64,000 nt of DNA from Azolla caroliniana (GCA_043228905.1 JBHGNT010000147.1:1308-65307), one strand, 5' to 3'. Counted from the first letter of the stretch, positions 38,535 through 52,211 are shown. Made by a program: numbers and translations. Notes: generated by a model not told the origin, from the letters alone.

Positions 38535-41500
38535 TGTTAGGAATCGACAGGCCACAACTAGTTACACGTTCATGTTCGTGTACAGAAGCCAAGAAGTAGT
38601 ACATAGACAAAAACGTGAAGACATAGAGACACCGAAATTTTACGTGGAAAACCCGAAATGGGAAAAACCACGGGGGTCCAGAAACCCCAAGGAAACAGAT
38701 CGCTGTAGTAGAGAGGCAATACAAATACGGAACTCGGAGGCAACAACGTCGAGTTCTCCTTTGTCTAACAGACGGCTATAGAGTTACACTCTCTCTCTCA
38801 CTCACGGTTATAGAGGTAACTACCTCGTTTTGACTTTTTAATAATGATCAACTACATCACACTAAAGTTTGCCCTAGTTTCTTATAAATTAAAGGAACTT
38901 TCTGGCTATTTACAAGTATAGCCCACAAGAGCATTTTAGACCATTTACAATTATAGTCTTCCAAAACGATTCGGTTTTCGATTTAGGTTTCCACCTCGGC
39001 CGAGATACTCACCAACACGGTACTTCTCTTCCAATTCCGGAGGGACATGTTTCCAAACAAACTCCCCCTTCACTTCGGCATGGGGTACTTCACCAAACAA
39101 ACTCTCTATCGACATGTGTTTAGCTTTTCCGCTGACAGCACCTTCGTCAGCATATCCGATCCATTTTTGACCATGTGGATCTTAACTAGAGAAAACTCCT
39201 TTTCTTCTACTCGCTCTCGGAGCCAATGCTATCTTCTTTGTATGTGTTTGGTCCGTGGGTGGTAGGCGGCATTTTTCGCAAGGTGGATGGCACTCTGGTT
39301 ATCGCAATGGAGTTGGAATTCCTCCTGCCGAATTCCCAGCTAACCGATAAACTCCTTCATCCATATCATTTCCTTGTCGGTTTCCGTTGCTGCCATATAT
39401 TCGGCTTCCGTGGTCGACATCGCAATGGCCTTCCGCAGCCTCGACTTCCATGAAACGACTCCCCTTGCATAAGTCATTACGTACCCGGACATGGATCGAC
39501 TGGTATCCACATCAGCCGACATGTCCGAGTCAGTATAACCTTCTAGTTTGGGGTTACTTGAACCGAAATGAAGACACACATTTGAGGTTCCTTTTAGGTA
39601 CTAAAGTATCCACTTGACAGCAGCCCAATGTTCTCTTCCAGGGTTGCTCATGTATCGGTTAACCACGTTGACTGCATATCCTATGTCTGGCCTGGTACAT
39701 ACCATCACATACATCAGGCTTCCAACCGCCCAGGCATAAGGAACTTTTGACATCTCAGCCTTCTCGATTTTCGATTTCGGACATTTTTCTTTGCTTAGCT
39801 TGCAGTTCATCGGCAGTGTTGAGCTGAATGGTTTTGCGCTTTCCATGTTGAATCTCTGGAGCACCTTTGTTACTTATTTTTCTTGTGACAGCCACAACAA
39901 TTTCTTTGTTCGATCCCGAACAATCTGCATCCCCAGGATTTGCTTTGCCGGACCCATATCCTTCATCGAGAACGATCTGCTCAAGGCTTTCTTCAACACT
40001 CGGATCTTCATATGCTCCCGTCCGATAATCAACATGTCGTCCACGTACAACATGAGGATGAGGAAATCTCCTTCGTCGAATTTCTTCACAAATACCCAGT
40101 GATCAACCTGCATTTTGTGGTACCCATTGTCGATCATGAAGGATTCGAATTTTCGATACCATTGTCGAGGAGCTTGCTTCAACCCGTACAAGCTCTTCCT
40201 CAATTGGCATACCAAATTTTCTTTACCTTTTTCCACGAATCCTTCCGGATGGTGCATGTATATCTCTTCCTCCAAATATCCATGGAGGAAGGCAGTCTTG
40301 ACATCCAGTTGTTCGACTTCGAGGTTCATGCTGGCTGCGATGCGCAACATGGTTCGGATTGACGTTATCTTTACGACCGGGGAAAATATTTTGTCGAAAT
40401 CGACGCCCTTCTTCTACTGAAAGCCTTTCACAATGATTCGTGCTTTGTACCTGGGTGGATTCCCGCCATCTCCTGGTTTCATCTTGTATTATTCCGAAGT
40501 GCCTTCTTTCCTCTTAGCAGTTCAATCAGTTCATATGTGTGGTTCTCATGCAAGGAATCCATCTCCTCCTACATGGCACTCAACCACTTTCGGCTATGGG
40601 TATCTTCCTTAGCTTCTTCATAGCTTTCCGGCTCCCTATCATTGGTTAGCAGTACACGCTCTTCATCCGGAAATCTTCAGGGGCCCCTCCTTTCTCTTAG
40701 GGGATATCTACGACCTCTATTCGGCACGGTCGGTTCTTTTTCGACGTCTTTGGCTTATTCGAATTCGGTTCCTTGTTTGGCCATTTCCCCTCTCTCTTTA
40801 GTCAGTTCTCAATTTTCCCGTGTATTAACTCGGCCGACTGGCTTGGATTCAATTTCGATGGAATCGGCTTCTACTTGATTCGGTTGAGCGTTGACTCGGT
40901 TCGATTCGGTAGTTGGAGACTTATTCTCAATCTCCCAGTGCACTATTGTCTTTTCCTCCATGAAGACAATGTTGCGGCTCCTAATCACTTTGTTCTCGGC
41001 TAAGTCCCATGGCCGATAGCCAAATTCATCATTGCCATAGGCGAGAAATAATCATGGCCGAGATTTCGGGTCCAACTTCCCCCTCTGGTCCTTTGCCACA
41101 TGCACATAACCAAGAAAACCGAACACCCTCAAATGTTGGTACAATACGTGTTTGCCACTGCACACCCTTTGTGGAATATCACCATCCAAGGGTAATGAGG
41201 GTGATCGGTTTATCATGTACGCTGCCGTCATCAACGCCTCAACCCAGAACATCTTCAGTAACCTAGCATGTGCATGCATACTTCGGACCCTTGCCATTAT
41301 GGTCCGGTTCATTCTCTCAGTCAACCCATTAAGCTCTGGCGTCTTCGGCACGATATGCTCGAACTGGATTCCTTGATTTCGGCAATATTTCTCAAATGGG
41401 CCACAATACTCTCCGCCATTGTCCGCTCGGACTGCCTTCAATTTTCGGCCGGTTTCTCTCTCGGCTCTCGGTTGGAACTCTTTTAAGACGGATAACACTT

Positions 41501-43427
41501 GATCCTTCGTCTTCAACACAGAAGCCCACAATTTCTTGCTACATTCATCAATGAAGGTCACGAAATATTGTGAACCACCATGTGACTTTGTGTCACATAG
41601 CATAAGTCTGTATGCACGAGCTCCAACGACATTTTCTTCCTCATCAGGGGCCTCGTTCGAAAAGATGTTCGATTCTGCTTGCCGGCCAAGCAATCAATGC
41701 AATTCTCAAGTTGCGCGTTCTTCACCTTCGGAACGAGGTTCTCCTCGGCAAGCTTTCACATCCTCCGGAATTAGGTTCAATCGAACCTTCGTCACGTGTC
41801 ATACATATCTCAACACGAGTTTGCACCCGGTTGATGTTTCCAAACACACATCTCCAATGCCAACGATTCGGCATGCTCCTTGACTCCCCATCTTTACGGA
41901 TCCGAGATCTCCAACTCTGTAGGATGAGAAACACTTTCAGTCAGGGGTTAGGTGGAATGACGCACCCGAATCGACTACCCATGTCGATTCTTTGCCGGTG
42001 AGATTCACTTCGTTTTGCTCACTGATGAGCAACGACTCCTCCTCACTCGCGGTGATTGCTAAGGTGTTCTTTCTGTCCGGTATTTTCTTTGGCTCTACAC
42101 CATCAGCTCCCCCTTTCTTATTTCAAAAGTTTCGTCAATTTTTCTGGAAGTGCCCCGACTTCCCACAATAGAAGCACGCGGGCCTCCCCCTCGACTTCGA
42201 CCTGGTCCCCTACTTATCTCGATTCTGGGGATTTTGATTTCGGCCTCTTCCCTGAATCGTCTTACCTTCTGTGACTAAGGCCTTCTGGTCAGTATTGGAC
42301 TGACGGTCCTTCCGACGAGCTTCTCCATTCAACAAGCTTGACTTCACCTACTCTAGGGATAGATGCTTCCCTTTCGGCCCGACGTTGCCTAAAGTGATAA
42401 CAAGCGTCTTCCAGCTGTCCGAAAGGGATCCTAGCAATAGTAATGCTAATACCTCGTCGACCAGAGGTACTTGTAGAGAGGTGGTTTGGTTCATCAATCC
42501 TTGGAAGGCATTGATGTGCTCCGCCATACTGGAGCCATCCTGATACGGGAGTGATATTTCGAAATACTGAGACTTGGTTCACGATGTTCTTGTTTTTGAA
42601 CATGACGCTGGTCTTCTTCCATAGGACGTCTGCATCTGTTTCTTTGCCGAAGTTGTTGTATAGACTCAAGTCTATAAAACACCGTATACATGCTGCCACA
42701 TTCAGATGCAACACTTCCCAAGTCCCTAGTTGCTGCATCGATCTTGTCTAGTCTTTTATCTCCAAACTACACCGGCAGCCAGAGGTCTTTGCACACGAGC
42801 ATGTCTCTCATCTTCGACATCCACACTCAGTAGTTGGATTTGGTTAGCTTAAACATGCCGCCGAACGAGTCTTCCATCTCTCTGATACCACTTTGTTAGG
42901 AATCGACCGGCCACAACCGATTGCACGTTCATGTTCGTATGCAAATGCCAAGAACTAGTACACAAACAAAAACGTGAAGACACAGAGACACCGATATTTT
43001 ACGTGGAAAACCCAATGGGAAAAACCATGGAGGTCCACAAACCCCAAGGAAACAGATCACTACAGATATAGAACTCAGAGGCAACGACCTCGAGTTCTCC
43101 TTCGTCTGACAGATGGCTACAGAGTTACACTCTCACTCTCTTACTCACGGTTACATCGGCAACTACCTCGTTCTAACTTTTTAATAATGATCAACTACAT
43201 CACACTAAAGTTTGCCCTAGTTTCTTATAAATTAAAGGAACTTTCTGGCTATTTACAAGTATAGCCCACAAGGGAATTTTAGACTATTTATTATTATAGT
43301 CTTCCGAAATGATTTTGGTTTTCGATTTACATTTCGATTTCTGTTTTGATTTCTATTTTGATTTCGGTCGAGATACTCACCAATACGGTACTTCTCTTCC
43401 CATTCCGGAGGGACATGTTTTCCAACA
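38535..43427 (-). mobile_element. Ty1/Copia element G (related to F), both LTRs present, older
   Basis: LTRs 38535-39059 and 42894-43427 (visibly more diverged, with indels), PBS TGGTATCAGA (42890-42881), PPT at 39060-39071, imperfect TSD catgt/catcc. Confidence 0.93.
39070..42877 (-). pseudogene. pol: Copia G gag-pol (many lesions, internal deletion)
   Basis: MEDSFGGMFKL start, RADNGGEY, QLDVKTAFLHG, LYVDDML, GYTDSD motifs. Confidence 0.9.
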
Positions 43428-44470
43428 CATCCTATGTACCACCATATCTAGGAGCTTGTCATCGACAAGAAGCTCGAAGTCGGAAAGTGGATACACAGGT
43501 AAACATCGCTGACAGCATGACGAAGCCACACTCCTAGATCAACGCTTCGGCACACTAAGAGGATAGATGGGACTGCAACAAGCGAGGGAGTAAAAAGGAA
43601 CCGAAGAAGAAGAAGCAGAAGGTAAGTTGGAAATGGGTATGACTAGAGAGGCCAGAACGGCAAAGTCCAAAGAGCTGAATAGTCGGAAGTCTATAAATGT
43701 AGCTTAGTACACAGAGGCTAACAGGACAGAGGATGATCTAAGGATGAACAAAACCCGAAGCTGATCATCGTTCCAACAGACAGCACGGGAACCGACATAC
43801 ATGAAAAACTGAAGGCCTAGAGGCCGAAATTTGAATTAAACACTAGTCCATTCGGACAACTAGCCGATTCGACTAAACTGACTATACCTTTGCCAATTCG
43901 GCTACTAGCCAATTGGCTTGTATTATACATATTGTAGATTAAGTTTAAATTGTAATTTGAGCTTACGGGGATAACCCCATCATTGTATGTAAATAGAGTA
44001 GTCCTTTTATGGGGGACTTTGTTGGGCTAAAAGTCCCTCTGCCCATTTTTTCCCTAGTTGAGCATGTCCTCATAGTTAGGGCAAAGTTACCCAAACTATA
44101 TATGTGAGAGACTGTGTATTGTAAAAAAGTTTGGTGGTAATGTAAGATAGTCTCTTGTGCAAATACTGTGTAATTTTGATCTTGTCTTTCTCTTCTTTCT
44201 CTTTGTGTATACCTTCCCATATACAAGAATAATGCACTATACCTCCATTGTTACTTGCGTGCTAACCCCATAAACAAGATTGATACATGCTTCCACATCA
44301 ATCGACCTACATCTCATCATACAACAACCGACCAAGATACTCATGGTATCAACATCATGAATACGACTTAAAGCATACATGATTGTATGACAAATCATTA
44401 ATTAAAACTATCTAATGTAAAATCAAATTCCTTAATCAGCTTCGCCCATTGTGCCATACAACCAATGAGC

Positions 44471-46145
44471 TGTTGGGATAAAAGTCTCACTCCCCCCTCC
44501 TTGTATCTCTAGTGTGAGCAAATAGTTAACCTAACTATATAAGTGGGTTACTTACCTTGTAATGAAAGGTTCGAGGGTTAATGTAACATAGTCTTCTTTG
44601 AGCACATCTCTCTCTCTCTCTCTCTCTCTCTCCGTATTTGACCTCCGAAGACGATAATATAATCTATCTATCTCCCTGTGTGTCTAATAGTGCATACCTC
44701 CACTTGCGTTGTTTTCTAGACTTATTACAAGGTCCTGAATCACGCTTCCGCATCGTCACCTACATATTATCTCTAACAAGTGGTATCGGAGTGACTTGTA
44801 GTTTGGCATAAACAAAAGCACAAACTTGAGAAGAGAAGAAATGATTGAAGGAAAGGACCATGTAAGAAAATGCCACTTCCAATAGAACATGGCTTCTACA
44901 TCCAGTACAGGAGTAGAAATTTGAAAATTCGACAACAAAAACTTTGCCCTATGGAAGTAGATGATGTAGGATGTACTTATCATCCATCATCAAATCAAGG
45001 CAATACGGCACAACAACAAGCTAGCCTCGATGACAATAGATGAAGGGCGTTCACTGGATGAAATAAGCAGGTCGAACATTCGAATGCATCTAGCCAAGAA
45101 TGTTTACTTCAGCATGGCCAAAGAAACAACCACATTTATGTTGTGGGAGAAGCCCCAACCCATTTCTGAGAAGCAATCCTCCTTATCAAAGTTCATATTG
45201 ATTCGACAATTGTTCAATATGAAGATGAGAGAGATAGATCCGGAGACCTCCCACATAAACACCTTCAGCCGGGTGTTATCCGAACTATCCTACCAAGGGA
45301 TTAACTTCAAACAAGAAGTGAAAGCCCTTGCCTTACTTTCGTGATTTTTGCACCCACTGCAGAAAAACCGGTCACAACGTTTCTGACTGCTGGTCGATCA
45401 AGAGGAAGGAGAACAGTTGGCGATTTGAGCGGAACTCAAGACAATCCAACTCGAACCATTCTCCAGTTAGCAACCAAATCAATGTTGTCGACTCACGATC
45501 AGGAGAAATCTTCTCTAGAGGACTCGATGATCGGAGAAGTCCTCTACAATGTGCAAGACGCACGAACGTGGCTATTGGACTCCAATGCCACATTTCATGC
45601 AACCGCCAACAACGAATGGTTCTAGGACTATTCGGTCAATGGCAGCAGCACAATCCAACTAGGAAACGAGCAAGAGTGTGTAATTGCAAGGATCGGCGAG
45701 GTCCCCATCCAATTGCCAAACAACAATACCATCACCCTGCACCAAGTTCGGTACGTACCCAAGTTGAAAAGGAGTCTGGTCTCCATCGGCATGTTGGCCG
45801 AAGTCGGGTACAGAACGACTCTCAATGAGTCATCATGGACGATCAGTTGAGGAAATTCGAAAATCGGGCATGGAGACAAGTATAATAACTTGTACCCACT
45901 GATGGCGATCAGTCCATAAGGGGTTGTGAACATAGCCGAATCGCGGGACTCAAACCTATGGCATGGCCGACTCCGCCACATTTCAGAAGCTGGATTGGAC
46001 CGGCTGACGACAATCGGCCACATCCGGAAACTCTAGTCGAACATGGACTTCTGTGAGCATTTTCGTTATGGGAAACAGACCCAGAATTCACACTCTCTCC
46101 ATTACGAGACGGTATGACAACCCCTAGAACTGGTCCACACAGATA
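44471..46145 (+). mobile_element. Ty1/Copia element E (family of A/C): 5' LTR, PBS, gag, protease, start of integrase
   Basis: LTR 44471-44778, PBS TGGTATCGGAG (44781-44791), gag homologous to 804-1391, CTHCRKTGHNVSDC knuckle, WLLDSNA; interrupted at LELVHTD. Confidence 0.9.
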
Positions 46146-47445
46146 TGAAAAGAATAACATGGGGAAGCTGCATAGACACTATCGGCTCAGCCGGAGAGCA
46201 ACAGAGAACTGTAAACACAGAGAACAATGGTGAGAGAGAGAGAATACATAGGAGAGACAGAGAGAGAAGAACATAGAAAACTCAATTTCAAAATAATACT
46301 CTATCTGTACATACAAGTGTGCTCAGTGAGCACTTTTATACAAGTCCATAAAGGATAGTCAGAAGTACTAAGAAGTACTTCAATGCTCATAACTGAGCTA
46401 CTAACACTAATTCCCAATAATATGCCTATCTACTAGTCTAGGATTGTAGGCCTCTAACGGCCTACCGGTTCACACGTGGGTCCGGCTCTCCGATTCGGCT
46501 CTCGGCTTGTCCAGTCGATGCGGCCCACCTTGAGCTTGCTCGCTCAACACTCCCCCTTAAGCTCAACTTGAGGTCAGTCTATCGTGTTTGTATCCACCAG
46601 TCCTTGTCTCCAGCTCCTCTTGGCATCTTCACGCCTTGCTCGCACTCATTCAGTTCGGTCCCACGTTCCATGACCCCTCTGGTCCAACGCTTCTTGACCT
46701 ATCTGACTCCATGCCTCTCGACCCCTACGGTCAACTTGTTTGCTCATCAGGCCCATCTCAACTCTCTCGCTATCATGGTATTGGCACTTCTCGATCCGTT
46801 GAACTCTTTGTTTCGGTGTTGACTTTGGTTGCCTTCCTGTCCGCTCGGCCTTCACTTGATTCGGCTTGTCCAAATCAAACCACTCAATCGAATCGGTTGT
46901 CTCCGATTCGTCATTAGCCTTTAGGCCCTTGACCACATCCAACCATTTTCTAGTCCTGGCTTTTTCCTCATCGGCTCTGTCCTTGTTGACTCTACTGCCT
47001 TTCCCGCTCGTTCTGACTCTATCGAATGGATTGACTTCTTTAGTCGATTCATCATCTTGTTTGGTTTTGGCTTTCTCCTATTGCTCTCCCCCTTTTTCTC
47101 TACCTGTTCTCCCCATCAAGTGCGGCACGTCGAGCTATTGGATACCACTCATATCCGAGAAGTGCTGCAACTTGTCTGATCCGAGCGCCTTGGTGAAGAT
47201 GTCGACAACATGTCGATCGGTTCAAACATAACGAAGTTTGACTTCACCGCTCAAGACGTGATCATGCACATATCATAACGCACTTCTATGTGTTTCGTGT
47301 GAGCATGGAAAACAGAGTTCATTGCCAACTGCATGCTACTGATGTTGTCTCAAAAGATCTAAATCGGAGTAGCAACTTTGACCTGTTAGTCCTGCAATAG
47401 TTGCCTACGCCATATAGTTTCACAAGTCACGACAGTTGATCATCT
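46146..47445 (-). mobile_element. 3' end of Copia element I (family of H): RNase H end, C-terminal extension, PPT, 3' LTR
   Basis: LTR 46146-46549 shares TATAAAAGTGCTCACTGAGCAC with the H LTR; PPT TTAAGGGGGAG; KHIEV...DIFTKALG motifs. Confidence 0.88.
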
Positions 47446-47986
47446 TGTTACTGGTTAAGGTGACACTGCACCAAATCCCCAGTCCTTTGAGGCTCGACTT
47501 CAAGGTAATCGTGGTTCAGGAATGGGAGAATACATTGTAACTGTGATACGAGAGACTATACACTGGACTCGTAAGTGTTGACTTAATCGTGGAGATTGTG
47601 GAGAACACGTTCGCGTTCACAAGTGGAAGGATCGTGCATTCCACTTATAGAATCTTCTTGAAAATATCCAAATATACCCTCTCGACAAAAATTGGATGCA
47701 CTAGTATCACATGTTCCACAACTTGATTAGAATTTGCAAATATAAAAATACATGATAGGTCTGCGAGTGGAGATCATTAGAAATTCAAATAAGTTTGGAT
47801 GTGTTGATAAGTTAATGTAGGCATAATAAAGTTCAACAATGGCTCAATATCTCACTAATGTGCGACATGGCAAACACTAAGTTAAAGACTTATGTTATTT
47901 TGGTAAGTTTTACAAAAATATGAGGTGTACTTGTAACCATACCATACTAATAAAATGAGTTATAATTTATACTTTGATCCATACTC

Positions 47987-48265
47987 GTATATATATAATT
48001 GTGGACAATGTAGGATAGTGAACTTTAGGATAATGTGATTGGAATGACAAACTTATTAAGGTATTTAATACTTGTATTTAAAGTTGATCTAATCTATTTC
48101 TTAGTTTGTTCGCATGGGATCAAACCAGATGTATATAATTGTGGACAATGTAACACAATGAACATTAGGATAATGTGATGGAAATAATAAACCTATTAAG
48201 GCTTTCAATACTTGTATTTAAAACTGATCTAATCTATTCCTTAGGTGATTCACATGGGATCAAAC
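47987..48265. repeat. Tandem duplication, period 140 bp, in the transposon left arm
   Basis: GTGGACAATG at 48001 and 48141; both units end CATGGGATCAAAC. Confidence 0.88.
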
Positions 48266-48744
48266 TCCGAACAATAAGGCTAGTGGAACTACAAGCGTAT
48301 AAAAACATGCGGATAACACTAGTGGAACCATTATCAACACACTACACAATCTAAGCAACAATGGAAGAGAAACATAATAGTTTTAACAATAGAAGACAAA
48401 AGATCCATAATATATGAACTGGTATATATTAGACACGGAATGACAATCTCGACAATTGATTGCAAATAACAACATGGACAGTCATGGCAACAATTCTATG
48501 AGCATGTTATGTTAAGGTAAAGTTGGCTGAAGTCAGCCTTAATGTAAACTAATTCATGTTTCTCCATATTGGTAGTCAACAATGCATGCGGTGAAACCAA
48601 TGTCATAAGTCAACAAACCAAGTATATAGAAATAAAATTGAAACATATAGAAGATTATAAAGAATGGAATACACCAAGTAGACCCCAAAATTTGTATTAG
48701 TAATGTGAATTCCAAACAATACATTTCGTGAACAAAAGAGTCTA

Positions 48745-51694
48745 TTACATAGCAATCAAATCGTCAATGTCATTTTCTTCATCTCTTATAGAAGTCTCTT
48801 CGGCTATACGTGCATTGTCTTCCCCTATTAGTCGAGCCAACATAATATCTTCTATAAGCTCATCATCAAGCTTTGTTTGCTCCCCGGGTTCCCCGACTAA
48901 CAGAGGAATAGGCTCTCGCGAAGCAGGTTGAAACCTTTCGGTATCAGCGAGGTTCTTTGCACCGACCTCCTCGTCCTGGTCTGGGCACTCCCATAAAGCC
49001 TTAATCCTCATGTTTATAAATATAACTTGCTCCTCGTCCTTCTCCAATGCAACTGTGTTTCTGAAGAGCTTCAATGCACATGCAGACGTTGTCCTTATGA
49101 AGAAAGCAACAAGAAGAATTAGTTTTCAAACAAAAAAGAATTAGTACTGGTTATCTCAAGATCGTTAACCTAGTTTGAAGAATACTTGTGCCAGAAAATA
49201 GGTCAAATATCCAATCTCCTTCTATAGAAAACATCTCTATCAAGCGCATCATAAGTCGTTGAGGTTTTTGGTATGGGTTGACAAGTCCATGTTCTGTCGT
49301 GGTGACATGTCGCAATTTCCGTGTCACTGCTCGATATACCAGTAGATTTGAACCTCCGACTTCATTAGAATGCTCCTTGATTCTTTGTTTCTTTATTTCA
49401 TCGAAGTAGCCAACTGTAATGTATTCAATGGCATTTATGAACCGAAAGGTTGGCCCTCTATTGACATTGGTTTTTATCCTATAACAAATATTGCGTCGAG
49501 TTAAGAAAAGATTGAACAATATTAAGAAAGGCAATATAGTGAATGAGACTTATAAACAATCCTTACCATGCAAGGTTATTGATGCCATGGCAACGAGATC
49601 TCAAAGCTTGAGCTACCGAGTACCCTTGGTCCATACTATGAAAGACAACTATCCTCCACAAGGATGCAATCGTTAGCTCAACAAAATCCTTGACCATCTT
49701 CTCTAACTGTTTGAACCTAAAAGGTTCATCATCGTATGATGACCCTGCCATTCGAAATCCGTATGGAATATCAGCAATCATTAGCGTATATTCCTTCTTT
49801 GGCACTTTTTGGATCATGTCAACGACATCGCCGCAAATCACGTTGTAGTAAAGATCTCTAGTAATGTCCTTTTTGTGGCTAAAGTTTTTGAAGGATCCAT
49901 CTTCCTCAATTTCTTACGCCTTGACTAAGCGACGATCCTTTTCTTTTCTGGCTCTCTCGAGATGTGCAAGGAAGGATGTCGGGAAATCATGTATATCCTT
50001 AACTTCTCCTTGTTTCTTGCCACGACACAGTTTCTAATAGAAGCAATAAGACATCAAGTATTATTACACAACCTCTACATATGAGGAAAACTTAATGAAA
50101 AACACCAATACTAACCCAATCCTTGAATGCAATAAAATACTTGGATAACGCCTTATATGAAGACGTTAGAGGATAATCCTCGGTCACTTGTTCCCAAGTT
50201 ATACATCCCAGTTGTTTCATCATAACTTCTTGGATCTTTATGTACACCTTATGACTGTGAAATTAGAAAACAACATTAGAACTTTCAATTGCACCATATT
50301 GAATTCAACATCACTATTTGAAAGACTTACTTATTGAACTCAATGACCATTTCTTCAAGGCTTAATTCTTTCACCACAACCCTTGACAAAACAGACACAA
50401 GAAGCTGCTCGTCCTTAATACCTTGCATCACTCTCCACAGAGACAGCTTCATGTCATCAGCCGCTTCTTCAATTGTCAAATCAATTTTCTTGGCTGCTTG
50501 TGACTTTAATTCTAATTGAGGGTCTACCTTACATTTCTTTTGTCGTTGACCCTTGACCTCCTTATTCTCCCACATTGAGAAGATTTGATCTTGTAGATCC
50601 CATACTTCTCCATCTCTAAAGGCAAGTTGAAACCAAGATTCATGTTTCCGAAGACCATCTGACTTAACATTATCATCCACCACAATGCTGACCTCCTGAA
50701 GGCATTGACGTCGTAGGTAGGGGTGTAGCTTCACACCAAACTTTTGTTTGACGTTCAGGTATTCATGGTGGAAGAACCTTATCCGTTCAATAGATGACAT
50801 TTTTTGCCTATAGTCGTCGTTATTGTGGTTCCATGCCAAAAGGTTTGCCTCTTTAGTTGTAAGGCCCACGTATATTTTGCACTCGGCATACTAGAAGAAG
50901 AAAGTCGTTGGATGCTTTCTAACAAGTTGTCGGCATGCTTCATCCGAATGTGATCCACCAATTACAAAGTAATTGTATTGATCATGCTTTTTCATGTCGA
51001 AGTCCTCAGTTGTGGAACATTCTTTAGGATCTACCATCACAATGAAAGGCACAACTGTAGCATGCAGATTTATTTTCATTTTTTTCTTGAGATTCTGAAC
51101 ATGCATTCGGTGTGGCTCTCTGATCTGAAGTGTTCTTCGTCACGTTTTTACATCTACTGGGTGCCAATGGATGTGTGTTATTGGCAAATTAAACACTTGC
51201 CCTTTTCTCACCAGTTTGCGCTGCATTAACTCTTTCCATATCTTATTCTGCTCGGATGACAACACACCAGATGCCAACTCAACACCTTGCGTCCCCCTAG
51301 TGTCCTCATCTTCAGTTGAGCTTGATGAGTCGTAGTCCGACATTTTAGTGGTCTTCTTTTTTGCTCGTCTTGATTGCACTTTAGATGCCCTTTTTGGGGC
51401 CTTCACCGTGGAGGGAAATGGCTCCCTTAGAGTTACATGGCCTTGTATATAAGCCCTCAAGGTGACAAAAAGGTTTTGTGAGCCTTGTAGATATTTTTTA
51501 AAAGATTCTGGCCCACAAGATTCCTTTACTAGTCGATCTTCAGAAAGGTACACTTTACGTACCCCCTTCGAACACTCTATCATTACAAGAATCTTGGCAG
51601 AATCTAAATCTTCGTAGTCAAATCGTAAAATACGACCATACATAAATGCGTTGTCGTGAAGATTCACGCGTGCATGTGCTACTCGAGCGACCAC
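48745..51694 (-). pseudogene. Five-exon ParB-like domain + beta-class N6-adenine/N4-cytosine DNA methyltransferase fusion gene (~870 codons)
   Basis: Exons 51694-50331, 50254-50116, 50033-49567, 49478-49186 and 49094-48745 join in frame across 76-91-nt introns. Motifs YFVIGGSHS, VICGD, IADIPY, WIK, YQKP..LM.RLI, DLFSGT-x-TT, VALEKD. Three in-frame stops (51140, 50891, 49914) and a degenerate last acceptor. 5' end uncertain. Confidence 0.88.
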
Positions 51695-51937
51695 CGGGGT
51701 CTTGGACTAGGGAGGATGTTCGCAGAATTATCGAAGAGATGACGATCAATGTAAGATTAGATGAAATTAGTTTACTTGAGAAGAAGAAAGATTGTACACT
51801 TGAGAAGTAGAAAAATATGAAGAAGATAAAGACAAATATAATTATATTGATGATAGTGGTGTTGGTGATATCACATATTGAGCCCCCCTTACACAAGCCC
51901 AACTTGAGGCTTTTATAGGTCTTTCCATGCTTGTGAC

Positions 51938-52043
51938 ATGCACAAAACCATGGGCTAAAACCATGGTTTTGTGCACACGGTTTTGCTTATGTCATGCACA
52001 AACCATGGGTTTAGAACCATGGTTTTGTGCACATGGTTTTCGA
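51938..52043. repeat. Duplicated palindromic unit (TGCACAAAACCATGG...CCATGGTTTTGTGCA) just upstream of a minus-strand TATA box at ~51918-51911
   Basis: Two hairpin-forming copies are directly visible in the putative promoter of the methyltransferase gene. Confidence 0.7.
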
Positions 52044-52102
52044 ATGGTTGTTTCATCTATAATTCATATATGAAAAGTAAATACATAAAATTTACACTAT
52101 AT

Positions 52103-52176
52103 GATAGTTGTCCTAGTGGTAAGGCAATTATCTTGTATCTTAGAGGTGCAAGGTTCAAACCTTTCTTGCACCCCTC
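52103..52176 (+). other. Degenerate tRNA-like / SINE-head-like sequence
   Basis: A-box-like TAGTGGTAAGG, CTTGTA anticodon-loop-like segment and B-box GGTTCAAACC at tRNA spacing; no good acceptor stem. Confidence 0.35.
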
Positions 52177-52211
52177 TGTATGAACTCAAGTGCCACTAGG
52201 CCTTAGGAGGC

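Larger units (their letters stand above)
35745..44326 (+). mobile_element. Ty1/Copia element C (same family as A; 5'-truncated), split by Copia G
   Basis: Integrase-RT-RNase H remnants at 35745-38534 resume at 43428. PPT ATGGGGGACT then 3' LTR 44020-44326, similar to the LTR at 44471-44778. Confidence 0.85.

Noticed and set aside
48745-51694. Bacterial contamination or prophage as source of the methyltransferase
   Set aside because: The gene has four spliceosomal-type introns that interrupt conserved motifs, and it lies within TIRs nested among plant retrotransposons.
52103-52176. Functional tRNA gene
   Set aside because: Acceptor and D stems do not pair convincingly; kept only as a tRNA-like remnant.
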